A DNA stretch of 64,000 nucleotides from assembly GCA_009103225.1 (NCBI GenBank), contig RHPI01001037.1, positions 1,402,916-1,466,915 of the forward strand, read 5' to 3'. The translations under genes were made by a program, and so were the position numbers. Positions within the stretch are counted from its first letter, which is position 1. Each line of letters starts with the position of its first letter. The stretch comes from Chlorokybus atmophyticus. Lineage: Eukaryota; Plantae; Mesostigma and Chlorokybus algae. Below, in pieces: positions 52,459-64,000 of the stretch. The notes beneath the pieces are model-generated. The model saw only the letters and a list, made by a program, of their open reading frames with translations. It did not search any database and had not been told where the DNA came from.

Positions 52459-52469
52459 GGGGGGTGGCT
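52459..52469 (+). other. Polypurine-tract-like G6 run immediately before repeat B1
   Basis: TCAGGGGGGTGGCT followed by TGTTG, the usual position and form of a Gypsy PPT. Confidence 0.55.
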
Positions 52470-52703
52470 TGTTGACTGTGTGTCCTACAGAACAGCATGT
52501 ACACTAAGGAAAACACCGACTCCACATGTCCGTATTACCCAGCAGCAGCAAAGCAGCTCCACAAAGCACTTGTCGTCATAAGAGCGGGGTTATCTTTTGC
52601 TTTTAATACACGTTACAGCATGTTGTAGTAGCGTGCTTAGCGAGCGTGTCTCTTTCTGCAGCTGTCCGAAACAGCGTGACCCTCGACTCTCCTCGACCCG
52701 ACA
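52470..52703 (+). repeat. Internal repeat B1 (234 bp, TGTTG...CGACA)
   Basis: Aligns with 53303-53524: about 90% identity plus a 12-nt indel. Confidence 0.93.
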
Positions 52704-52705
52704 GC

Positions 52706-53310
52706 TGTCATGCCTATTGTCCGCGCATAACAGCCTTCATCGGGCATGCCTACATCGAGACCCTCGCCGGGCCTACCAGCATAGCGACCCGCGCGCGGCA
52801 CTAACCAGTAGCTAGGTCATAACTCTAGGTTAGCTCACGACCATAGCCTACATAGGCACCGCGCGTAGCTGTTCAGTTGTGAGTTCAGTTACAAGTTGCG
52901 TTCCATACCGAGTGGGGATTCTGTGGAAAAAATAGCCTCGATATGACCATTAGCTTATGTTCTGAACAGTCATGATTTGACTTGTATAAGTAGTCACGGT
53001 GTTCATCGGATCAGCTGGTGACATTGTGAGTGAAAAACCTAAGAGCTTGTGAAGCGACTTGAACTACGAACACGCCGTCCCGGTTATCAAGAAACCCCTC
53101 ATCGTGTGAGAGCTTGTGCATGCTCGTGTGCACCGCGCTTGTCATTGCTGTGAGCTTGGTGTGCCTGGTTGCGGTGTGCGTGTTGGCATTAGTTAGGGCA
53201 TAGCTTTCACGTGTTGCTTGCTCATTCACCTTACTTAATAGAGTAACACATTTTCCACTCATGCAAAGAACTGTGTAAACAGCACTACCTATAGTAGTGG
53301 CTTGTTGACT
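52706..53310 (+). repeat. Internal repeat A2 (605 bp)
   Basis: Copy of A1; homology starts exactly at TGTCATG. Confidence 0.93.
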
Positions 53311-53524
53311 ATGTGTCCTACGGCACAGCATGTACAGTAAGGAAGACACCGACTCCACATGTCCGTATCACCCAGCAGCAGCAAAGCACTTGTCGTCATA
53401 AGAGCGGGGTTATCTTTTGCTTTTGCTACACGTTACAGCATGTTGCAGTAGCGTGCCTAGCGAGCATGTCTTTCCCTGCAGCTGTCCGAGACAGCGTGAC
53501 CCTCGACTCTCCCTCGACCCAACA
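53303..53524 (+). repeat. Terminal repeat B2 (222 bp, TGTTG...CAACA)
   Basis: Copy of B1; homology ends exactly at CA. Confidence 0.93.
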
Positions 53525-53745
53525 ATACACCTGTATGTAATGTGCGCTTGTTGCACATGTACATGTGTATATGTCTGCATAATTGCTGAGTCACGTGCGT
53601 GTGCTGTGTTATGGTAGCTGATGACCTTTCTGTGGCATCATGCGAATAAACTACGCCTTAAGCTCAAAAACCTTTGTAAGGCGAAATTCAGCACTCTACA
53701 CAAATGTAAAGCTATATTCACACTCATCTTCACCAACATGTATTA

Positions 53746-56285
53746 TCAAATGCGGCTGAAAGAATGAGTGAATGGTGCTCTGCCTAGAGGAGTGGAGACA
53801 CCCAAGATGTGCAAGTGTGTCAACTTGTTTCTCAACTTCCGCAGCGCCATCTGCTCCACTTTATTGATGTTGTCAGAGGCTTCAACAACAAAGGCATCAA
53901 GCGCATCCACATGCTGCATCGCTTCTCTCAATGTCCGCGCGCGAGGAGGCTCGTTATCGGGGTCATCTGTGCATGCTACTTTCAAAAACACGGTCATAAC
54001 AACTTGACTGCATGTAGCAAGAGCATTACACCAACGCGCTTACCTTTCTCATCCTCGTTATCATCATTAGAATGGCTTCAGGCCAACGGATGCAAGTATC
54101 TCATCATCCGTTGTAGCTGCTTCCGTGGGCAATGTCTCATCTATATCCACAAACTCTTCGGCGCTGATGGTGTCTGCCGATGGCAGCTTCATGCATGCCA
54201 CGAGCTGCTGTAAGTTATCTACCTCCTATGCATAGCAGCGCTGCATGTCAATGTAATAAAACATGCATCCAATCAGCAGAAACCAACAACAAAACAAGTA
54301 TACCTTGGTCAATGACGCACGGATAGGCGCTGAGGTTGTAATTGGCTGTAGTAGCACACCAATCAGCAGGTATCACTCTGCTCTTGCGCCAGCAATTGCG
54401 CATGTTAGAAGGATTGACCTCCATCCAAGCCTCGCGGCTCCACATAATGGCGTCGCGCACATCCACCTTGGTCTTGCTAAGGTTGGAAGTGGGGTTGGCG
54501 TCAAACTCTGCCAGCATGTGTGCGACCAGCTTCTTGTTTTAGCTGCAAAGCACTTCGTATAAACAAGTGCCACGATGACAACATGCACACATAATGACAA
54601 GGTTCTTCACCGCATCTTGAATGCAATGATGCCCGCGTCCATGGGCTAAATGACTGATGTTGTGTTTGGAAACAAGAACAACTGACAACTATCAGATTGG
54701 ACATGGTGAGGCTCGTGAAGCTCTATTTTACCCCAATCGCTGCTTGCGCGCAAATGTGCGTTGATGCGTTGTCCATGAGCACCAGCAAGTATCGGCACGC
54801 CGCATGTCTTCATTGAATGCACACAGCCATCGTGTAAACACATGCACGCCCATTGCTGCAAATCAGCATAGCGCACGCTTGCACAAGCGCGCGCACGCGC
54901 ACGCGCACGCAGCACATGCATCAAAAATCAACAGATTATGCACATACATATGCATGCAAGCACAACACAAACAATGCATATCAGTCCAGCATGCACGCAC
55001 GCGCACGCACGTGCATGAGCGTCCGCGCAGATTGCACAGATACATGCATGGGTTGATCACATAACAACTCACCTGATGTGTCATCCACGCAGTTGAGTTG
55101 TACTCGTACTTCACTCCGACTCTCATTGGTTGCCATGTCTTACCAAAGCATTGAGGCTGCTTGAATTTCCAATAAACATTACCAGACGCTTTTCTATGCC
55201 GCTCGCATCCGCGCACAAGACAACAGTGCATCGCTGCTTGTGTTTTTTCCATTCTGCAACAAAACAAATAATTGCTACTGCAAATCTCATGCACGGATGT
55301 GACACACTTAAGCAATGCATGTTGTTAATTCAGCAAAAAGTTGCAGCAAGATGTGCTTCTTACCCGCATGCGTCCAAGGCTGCAACTACAAGTGTGCGAC
55401 TTGGGCGTGCATGGTAGAACAACCCCAATTCATCCATGTTGAAAGTGTCATCGGGGGTGTAATCTTTCAATAGAAGGGGCAGCTCCATCATTGCCAAGCG
55501 CACACCATCCATGTCATCATCGCCTACCTCTCCGTGTAATGCATAAGCCTTGACGCCATGACGCTTCTTGAAATCATCAAGCCAGCCCGAAGAGAACGAC
55601 AAGTTGGGTGCTATATCGATGCCCGCAGCATCAGCAAGAACTCGTGCTTCACCAACCAAGATCTCATCAGTAAATGTGTCCTTGCGCAACCGCGCCGGAC
55701 CAAAGCATGCATACAGCGCTGCTTTTAGCTCTGGATAAAGGGCTTGTCTAACCTTTCCAAAAGCTACACCACGCTTACCACCCTAAGCTACCACCTCATC
55801 GATTGTGTCCTTTCAGCGCAAAATTTTAGACAGTGCTGGCTGGCTAAGTGTGAGTCGTAGATTGTCTTTGATGATGAGCAGCATGTTACTCTGCTTCTCG
55901 CCCGGATGTGCGTCAACCAGTGCAATTATTGCCTTCTTCTCATGCACAGTGTATGCTCGGCGCTTGACGCCCTTGCTGCACACGCATACAAACACATCCA
56001 CTTACTCATGCTTGCTTCATGTGACCTACAAAGCACAGTGTTGTTGCACAAGCAACTTACTCCGCGCCCCCCTCTACCACGCCCGCCGCGTTTTCCTGCG
56101 CCACCTCGTGCAGGCGCAGCGCTGCTACCAGCGTCCCCACCATTACATGCATCAGATTGGTCTGAGTTATGGCTGTCGTCACTATCCTCCATGGTTGCAG
56201 TTGGATGCGGCACTGCCCCTGCCGCCGCCACGGCCGCCGCCGCCACCTCTGCCGCGTGATGCACAGGCGCAGCGACGTAATGCAA
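53746..56285 (-). pseudogene. Decayed intron-containing pogo/Tigger transposase (CENP-B-type HTHs + DDE_1)
   Basis: KRRAYTVHEKKAII...LSQPALSKIL, YPELKAALY, SFSSGWLDDFKKRHGV, TFNMDELGLFY, CTVVLCADASG, YNSTAWMT, LLVLMDNASTH and MRNCWRKS. Internal stops and frameshifts. Confidence 0.9.
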
Positions 56286-59200
56286 AGTAGCGCGACGTTG
56301 CGACCTTGTAATGCTGCGAGAAGCAAACTTCTTCTTATCCGTATACTCTCTAGCAAAATCTACAGAAATTTAGCAAGAATCGTATATGTTTATGTGGCTA
56401 CAAGTATCACTTATAACCAACAGAATGTATCTGAGAAACCACCGGTCCCCGCCAAAGATATGTTTATAGGTTATTTATACTTACAAAGACGATACCTATA
56501 AGCCGAGTAGACTGTAGATACAAGACCAAATAAGATTAAGTGTTGATGCCACATAACTGCGACGTGCCCGTCACTTGGCGGAGAGAGTAGCCGATGTTAA
56601 TTTTCGGTCGGACCTTTTGCTTATAAATAAAATGCATGGGTCAACACCATTGCAAAATCTATTGTCCCTATGATGATATTGTAAAATGATGAAAAACATT
56701 TCACTACCACATATAGTTAAACACGCACTACATTATATGCATGAAAATATTGCTCATGGTAATCACAACAGGCATGTTGATAACACTATAATAAAAGCAT
56801 ATAATTGATCACGTTGATCGCGATGTAATGTAACATAACTTCATACGAAGGTTGCACGTAGCATGTTACTAAAACACTTATGCGTGGTGTAATGTGCACA
56901 TTACAAATATGAGTGTATGTTTATGTGCATGCAAAATTTAATCATATACAAATTAGTATAAAATTCAATTTTATCAATTGCACTTGCATTATGCGTGATA
57001 CTATGGCAAACTAGTTTACATTTGTTTATATATGCATTGTAGGCATACACTTTTACATGTAAAATTATATGCATTGTATGCATACACTTTTACATTTGCA
57101 TATTATGCATCAAGTTTTACATGCATCTTGTACACAAATTCATCATTGAAATATTGTTATCACATATATTGTGCTTCGTGTAACAAAATACATATAAATT
57201 GCACAATTTAAACGTCACCATTAATATTATTAGATGATATAACATGATATGACCTTACTCTACAGGGCATTACCAATTATAAATTAATAAATAAAATATA
57301 TTGTTATCAGATGTCAACTCATTTTATGATACTGATTCATTCAACCCATAAAATAACATGGTGATAATGCTATGTGTTGTTGATTTTAATCAATTACAAC
57401 CCCACTTATTGACCACTTCATGTATAAGCGCGAAGCGCGACGTTTTTATGAATGTGTATTCGCCCAGTTGTTATAATGACGAAATCTTTTCGACATCATC
57501 AGTATCATGCATTATGTTTCGTGAGTGTCATATATCTGTTTATGTTAGTGAGACATAAGTCATGTCCCCAAATTACGGTATGATGCGTTGTCTTACATGC
57601 AGCAACGTTATGAACAAATAAATAAATAATAGTTCTTCACGCCGATGAGGCACACGCAAGGGTTCTGGAATTGCATGCTTTATACAGATTGTGAGCAATT
57701 TTGGCAAAACAACATACGGATACAGTGTTAACCGCGGTCATTACAACCAACGACGCACACTTCAAGGAAACCACGATCCGGACCCCGAACTGAGGTCACA
57801 AACCTGAGCACACGGTTGTGTAAGCAATTGTATTCTTGTGCTTATCCCCGAAAATTTGAGGCCCGACGGTATTATTACTCCGTTAAGGCCCCGAACAATC
57901 AAATGAAAGCCGTAGTAGGCGGGGGCTTTGTTTGGATGATGTATAGCCCGGCGGCCAAACGAAATCGTTTACAATGATGTAAATATTCATCTAAACGGAT
58001 AGGGTGTGATTGCTGTTAGTAGGATAGCTTGAATTCTTTGAAGGTATGGAATGCCCTCCAACCTCGTATCAATGGATACACGTTGTAAAACGCGTTTTGA
58101 CGCGTGACTGCGTCGATGTCTGCCTACGCGGGCGACATTTGATACTCTGATGATCGTTTTCGGTCGCCGTTGCCGTGTCGCGCCAAAAATTCTTTGCGCT
58201 TTTTATGCAGCGCTCGGCAACTGCGTTCAACGACGCTACCACCTAATTCATGTACAATTTAAGTTTACGCAATGCGGCATAACTGTTGCGCCACGTATCA
58301 TATATGGTACCAAATCAATAGACCGACTCCAAAGCAATTCATCGATATTGCATACAAAGTCCGAACCGTTCCATTGATGTGCTTATTGAATGCGGTTTTT
58401 TAAAACGTTCTTGGGCGATATAATACAACTTAGTTAAATATGTTATCGTGAGAGGGGTAGGTTTCGACAGTGATAATTAATGGTATGAGGATCACGTAAG
58501 CGAACTTCTCTTAAGCCCAGCAATTGAAGATTAGACGTAACCGTTCCCTTACATACATTTATATGCGGCTATATATGTAATACACAATCATCTGCTGCTA
58601 CATTTCACACGTATATCAACTAGTATAGGATATCCTTAAAACAGATCCAAATGAACAATATGCCATCACATGTAGCCATTGTACACGGTATGCACACTGT
58701 GCTCCTTATTGTCATTTATCGGCATATATATTTGAGCTAATGCGTGACTTAGACATGTTCTTTTTACGGCCACGATCTTATGTTTGGCAAATCTAATGGT
58801 TCAACGCTAGTACTCGCCACCCAGCCAATGAAAGGCAGCAGGTCGCGCACACTACCGCGCAGCCCGGTAGTTGCGGGTGCCATGTGTGAAAGCCCATTAC
58901 TGATGGCCTTTGCGCACGTGTGTAAGTGACCTTGCTTGCGTGCAGCCGGACGGACGGACCAAACAGCCGCACCACTAGTTTGCGAGAGGGGGGGGGGGGG
59001 GGGGGGTCGGGCAAATACGGTAAACGTACACTACCGATTTATGTACACATCAACTTACCCCATTAGAGTCTTCCTTGATCAAGTCCTCCATGTAAGGATG
59101 GGGATCAAATATGGGTATGAGTCTGCACGATGAAAAGCAACTAAGCACATTGAGAATAATTATATTATAAATTATATACTTTATTAACTTTAGCAAACTT

Positions 59201-59859
59201 GAGTATTCTCATCTTGATACATATAATATGTTATATCGGAATACTCGTAAACCCGTTTACGTTGAGTATTTTTATTATAATTGTAAATACTACGATTTGA
59301 CAAAAATGATTAAACCATAATTACATCATATATTGCTGAACAAGTATGTGCTGCAAGTATTTTATACATAATGACATGTGTACGAAATAAAACCGCATGA
59401 CGCGCAATATAATCTCAACGAGAGTCGCTTTTGCGTATATATGCATATGATAGTATAAGTATGAAGCAATAGATCATGATACTCATACATCAGTGACATT
59501 GTCACATATCAAGCAATTGAATATTTGTAATATGTGCGGCTGTACTTGCGACATGGGACATTATCAAGCAATGCTCATCGGGTTACCTTTGATTCGGCCT
59601 AGAACAGCACTGAGAGGCTTTGCCAAAGGAGCGCGGTTTCGTTGCAAAGCTCAAAGCACTCTTTTGAGCAATTATGAAGTTGGATAGTTTCTTCGCCATT
59701 ACATAGCGAGCAAGTCATATTGTACATTACATTGTGTATCATTGTTATGCATCCCCTATAAGCACGCATGTTGCCTAACAATTCTTGGACTTTTCATTAT
59801 TACGATGTGGCTCACTGTCAGCTTGATTATCAGTGACGAGCAAGCTTTGCGTATGGCTT

Positions 59860-60240
59860 GCTAAAAGTTTGCACTATGACCGCCGCTATTGTATGCAACC
59901 GGGTCGAGGCATTTGCTGAACTTCATTTACTAGGTGACGCAGTACAGCAGGTCAAGCGCGGCTTCTCACTCCAAAGCACAGCGTATAGCTGTGTGCTCGT
60001 TTTGCCACCTTATTTGCAATTTGTTTTTGGTATTGCATGCACATTTTTTCTCGTACGGTTTGCTAAAATGTGCAGTGTGACTGTTGTGATCGTTGCATAG
60101 AGCTGGGTCGAGGCATTTGCTCAAGTATATTCTGCCTACTACGGCAAGTCAAGCGCGGCTATTGATTCCAAGCAGGATGTAAAACTGCGTGCTCTCTTTG
60201 CGTATGTTTTTGCGTTTATAATGCACATTTTCTCTCGTGA
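59860..60240. repeat. Degenerate tandem duplication with a period of about 205 bp
   Basis: GGGTCGAGGCATTTGCT, GTCAAGCGCGGCT and TGCACATTTT.TCTCGT each recur in the same order about 200 bp apart. Confidence 0.65.
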
Positions 60241-62743
60241 GTATGATCGATGATTTCAAGGTATTATGATTGTGCTATATTTGTCAACCCCTTATTTTGT
60301 ATGTTAGGAGCCATGACCAACATTCAAGTTGTATTAAATAACTACTTTAACTTGCAATGTGAGTGCAGTGTGCGGATGATGCCATAGCTCTGGTATTTAT
60401 ATGATCAACATGTTTTCATACACATAAATGTACGGGGTGGCGTTGGCGTGTTTTGTGCTTTTTGCTCTCATTTATGTAGGACCAACACAATGGCTTCAGA
60501 CGCGTATTGGCCAATTGGTTGTTGACATGTTTCATTGTTGCTATGATATGAACCATGTTTACGAAGATCTACATGGTCATGACTGTGTGTGAAGGTGAAG
60601 CCCAATTGAATCCAAAGTTGGTTTATTATTGTAGTACGGAACGGTATAAGGTACAGTTTTTGTTCGTCAACATTGCTCTGCGCAAACAACGGCACAACAT
60701 GCAGACTCATTGTTTCAAACTCTCAACGACGCTTGAAACAATTATTACTTTGTATACAACAACAATTGCACGATAATTGGCTTTGTTCTTCTTATTGTAG
60801 CCCACATAAAACGTTTTTGTTATGCAGTAAAAAGCGATTAAGTGGGTTTTCCATTCCATAAGCATGTGTAGTGCTGATGGGGTGCGCTCTCATGTAGGTC
60901 TACTTTTGAGCCTATTTAACCTTAAATGTGATGAACTACACCAGGCATTGATGAGGGCTAGCACAGAGCTGGTCAATGGTCAAGGCCTTTGGCCCAAAAC
61001 TATAAGTTGCCACATGATGTGACAGCTCCAGGAAAGAAAGCTCAGTTGGCAAACCACATAATCATACTGTGGTGGTGCCATATGCCATTATAGTGACAGT
61101 TGCAAGGCTAAGTAAGTATACCTGTGGGCAATCCGCAAATATTACTGTACTAGGAGAGCCTATGTTTGAAGTTCCGAGGTAGGATTGTTCCTCCTTTAGA
61201 AAATCGAGGGAGTTTAATACTCTCGAGGTGGAGTTTGTTGATTCCTTTGTTGCAACAAGGTCAGCACATAGTGATAAGGCCTTGAGGGCCTTGGACATCC
61301 TGTCACACGGTGTGTCAGAGAGAGCAGCAGGTGCCTGGTTGTAGCTGTTGAAGGGGCTCTCCCCCTCATCCCTTGTGGGGTGGGGTGTTGTGTGTGTGCA
61401 TTTGGGTGTGATGGGCGTGGGTGTGCCTAGGGAGCTGTGTGAGAGGTTGGTGGTCATCATCTCCTCCCTTGGTGCGCTTCTGCAACTTCCCTTGCACCGT
61501 GGTGCTGATGGGACTTCCGCTGTAAGTCCTTAGTGCTTGTGCATAGATTTGCCAAGCCCCGACCAGCAAGTAAGTAGTGGTATTGTTACATTGGACTCGG
61601 AGCTTGTTTCCAAGCCTTGCATGCATGTTCATAAGCTTGTGCACTTGCTGGACAATGCATGCGTTGCATTCTTTGCATGCATGTGCTGCATGGCAGTTTT
61701 CATGCTAATTGTCGTCCTAGTTGATCGTTGCAGCTGCACGCACACTTCCATGCTAGGTGTGGGCCGTTTTGCACGGTAATCTGTGGATTTCTTGTGTGCA
61801 TTTGCTGCTGGTGCATAATCTTGCACACGCATCTGCATTTTAGTGCACTTTGCTGCTCGTGTGCGCGCGTGTGCGCGTGTGTGCATCTGTTACAATGACC
61901 ACACCGTGTGGGTTCGCCCATTGTGAAGATGGCTGAGCAACAGCATACATCATGTGAGGAGATACTTTTAAGCAATGATATTGCCAAGACCACTCAACAG
62001 CTGGCCACTTTGGTTGCCACATGTGTGAGCAAGTAACAAGGATGCAACAACAACACGAAGCCGACATTGCTCGATTGCAACTGCCGAGAGCTGATAAGGT
62101 CCCTTATGGAAGACATGTTGATGCATGCAACAATGCACAACCCGGTCATCGAGATCGAAAGCGTAACCGTGAAGCTTAGCTTAGTGAGGCTAAGGCGGAC
62201 GCAGGGCCATGTTGTGATGTACGAGGGGCATGACGAGAGCAAGAAGCCATGCATGCAACAGGGATTGCCATTGGCTAGTTGCTCAAGGGACATTGATAAG
62301 AAGTGTGCTTACGGTGACTTGTTGTCACGCCTTCCCCAACCATGCAATATTGCTGTGTGGGAGAATGAGATGGGTGTACATGTGGACATTCAAGTCTTGC
62401 AGCACGATTGTGCGGGCAGATGTGTTTTGTCTCAATGCGCCCGTTGACAAGGTGTACAACACGCTCAAGCACTAAGTTGCATGCAAGAGCAAGAGCACGC
62501 ACAACACGAGTGCGTACGTTATTGTACCCAAGCATCCCGGCGCATGGGTTCGCCTCACCAAAATTATGCAAGTCTTGGGTGAAGTCAAGCTGAAAAAGGG
62601 GCATGCACATGTGTTGTATAACCCTCCTACCATCGATCCAGTAAGTTCCCTAGACTTAACTAGGCTGTTTAAGGCATCAGTTGCGCACGTGCCATGCATT
62701 TTTTTAAAAAACACAGGTTACCAAAAAACCTTGTGAGTCTCTT

Positions 62744-63900
62744 GTGCAACGCTTAGGCATTTGCGTCACCAAGTGTAATGACACGGTTGTGGCCTTGAAC
62801 AAGCACGAAGTTCCTATGCGGGGAGTCGTGCGCTTGTCCGTGCATACGCAGGGCTACCATGCTCAGCTCAAGTTCTTGGTCATCCCTGTTGTGGATGTCA
62901 TTGCTGGCAGCCATTGGGAGCAAGCATGTAGCTTGCGCACGTACGCAGACATCAAACTTTGCAGTGTATGCAAAGGGCGAGTCGTGTGACCTTGCGCGCA
63001 GATGGGCATGCTGTCGTACCCGCTGTAAGTGATGACAGATCTGGTACCGATGTCTCATGTTGTTTGTTGAGTGCTTTGCAGGTGAACAGGGCGGTTCGCC
63101 TTGAAGCACAACCCCTTTTAGTGCTAGTCCGGCCATTTGCCACAAACAGCCCAACCACTGCAAATGATAACACCAATGGCAAACCTCAAGACGCGGCTGA
63201 GCGAAGCCTCGGTATTCAGTTCATTGCATTTAATCAGTGCTACCATAATATACGAATTACCTCAGAAGATGAGCCTAAGACAGCGTTTAAGACGCCTGTG
63301 GGTCACTTCCAATGCAAAATACTCATTTTTTGGCTGACGAATGCGCCAGCCATCTTTCAAGCTATAATGAACCGAGTGTTCCATAAGCTGATTGAAAAGT
63401 AAGTACTTGTATACCAGGATGACATCATAATGTTTGATAAGGACCCTGAGTTTGCATGCTGTACATGTATGTGAGGTTCCGGACACATTGCGTGCCAACA
63501 AGTTCTTTACGTACATGCCCAAATGTAAGTTTAGGACAACTATTGGATTTCGTGAGGCACATTGTGAGTGCAAAGGGCGTGTAACCTGATGCCAAGAAAG
63601 TTGCGAAGGTTAAAGAGTGGCCTGCCCCTAGGATGTGCACAAGTCGCGTGCCTTTTTAAGTCTTGAACTATTGTAAAAAGTACATTCAGGGTTATTCATC
63701 ACGAGTAGCACCCCTCACCTGTTTGCTAGGTGACAAAGTTGTGTGGAGGTGGGCGCAAGGGCATGAGCCGTTGAGTCCATCAAGAAGGCCTTGGTAATAA
63801 CACCTGTGTTGTAATGAGATTACGGGCCCCTGCCGAGTGCGTGCCTCGCGCAAGGTTGACGCAGTCAGCAGGGACCGTAATTTCAACAAATGTCGGTCCA
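62744..63900 (+). mobile_element. Heavily decayed second Ty3/Gypsy pol relic (protease C-terminus, RT, start of connection); probably continues beyond the window
   Basis: RGVVRLSVHTQGYHAQLKFLVIPVVDVIAGSHW (protease-like), YHNIRITSEDEPKTAFKTPVGHFQ...LTNAPAIFQAIMNRVF and VLVYQDDI, then PDAKKVAKVKEWPAP. Confidence 0.82.
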
Positions 63901-64000
63901 TGAAAGCCCCGTTTTTATTATGAACTTAACCTCCCCACGCAATTAGCATACCATGTTGGAGTTTAAAACGTGGCCTCAAACGTCGCTGGACTCCACTCAG

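Larger units (their letters stand above)
42483..53524 (+). mobile_element. Ty3/Gypsy-type retroelement carrying a C5-DNA methyltransferase and a PHD finger, bounded by split direct repeats (A1-ORFs-B1-A2-B2); decayed
   Basis: Termini TGTCA...CAACA. Gag, PR, DNMT, RT, RH, INT and PHD remnants in that order, with many frameshifts and stops. Possible 4-bp TSD ATAT/ATAC (one mismatch). Confidence 0.93.
42310..56514 (-). mobile_element. pogo/Tigger-like DNA transposon 2, interrupted by the retroelement
   Basis: TA-CAGTCTACTCTCCTTATAAGTAT (42308-42332) and the reverse complement of the right end, TA-CAGTCTACTCGGCTTATAGGTAT (TA at 56515-56516). TA TSD on both sides. Confidence 0.88.
39707..59020. 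mobile_element. Outer pogo/Tc1-mariner-like element hosting all nested insertions (about 2.8 kb of own sequence)
   Basis: TA-CCGTATTTGCCCG at 39705-39719 and CGGGCAAATACGG-TA at 59008-59022 form a perfect 13-bp TIR with TA flanks. Both ends continue into poly-C/G tracts once the 39724-42064 insertion is removed. Confidence 0.75.

Noticed and set aside
52470-53524. Reading B1-A2-B2 as a separate TRIM with 230-bp LTRs next to a Gypsy that lost its 5' LTR
   Set aside because: Not excluded, but it needs an exact deletion at the TG of A1 and does not explain the 14-nt A/B overlap or the missing PBS. Kept as the alternative in the main finding.
57600-58400. Possible transposase relic of the outer element on the minus strand (RGW..F...KLS, LYPYVV)
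   Set aside because: Many stops and only vague motif resemblance; needs a TBLASTN or HMM hit.
61000-62700. Possible gag or 5' LTR of the second Gypsy relic
   Set aside because: No CCHC knuckle, PBS or LTR boundary could be recognised.

Overview
Eukaryotic nuclear DNA from an intron-rich green-lineage organism. The gene set (plant-like SF3B1, PLP3 and TFB2, group-1 LEA genes, plus eEF3) fits a streptophyte/charophyte-grade alga; this is inference. The left 39 kb is a compact gene region: F-box-like gene, SF3B1, phosducin-like PLP3/TXNDC9, TFIIH p52, a TruA pseudouridine synthase, a DUF924 protein, two inverted Em-like LEA paralogs and eEF3. The right 25 kb is a nested transposon stack. An outer TA-flanked pogo-like element (39707-59020) holds two pogo/Tigger elements. 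One of these contains an 11-kb decayed Ty3/Gypsy-type retroelement (42483-53524) with domain order Gag(2xCCHC)-protease-C5 cytosine methyltransferase-RT-RNase H-DDE integrase-PHD. Its ends are not two ordinary LTRs but split direct repeats (A1-ORFs-B1-GC-A2-B2) with a palindromic internal CA/GC/TG junction. I know that layout only from tyrosine-recombinase (PAT/TOC1/Ngaro) elements, so this is the best candidate for an undescribed system. A second Gypsy relic runs off the right edge. All calls were made by eye; no database searches were run.
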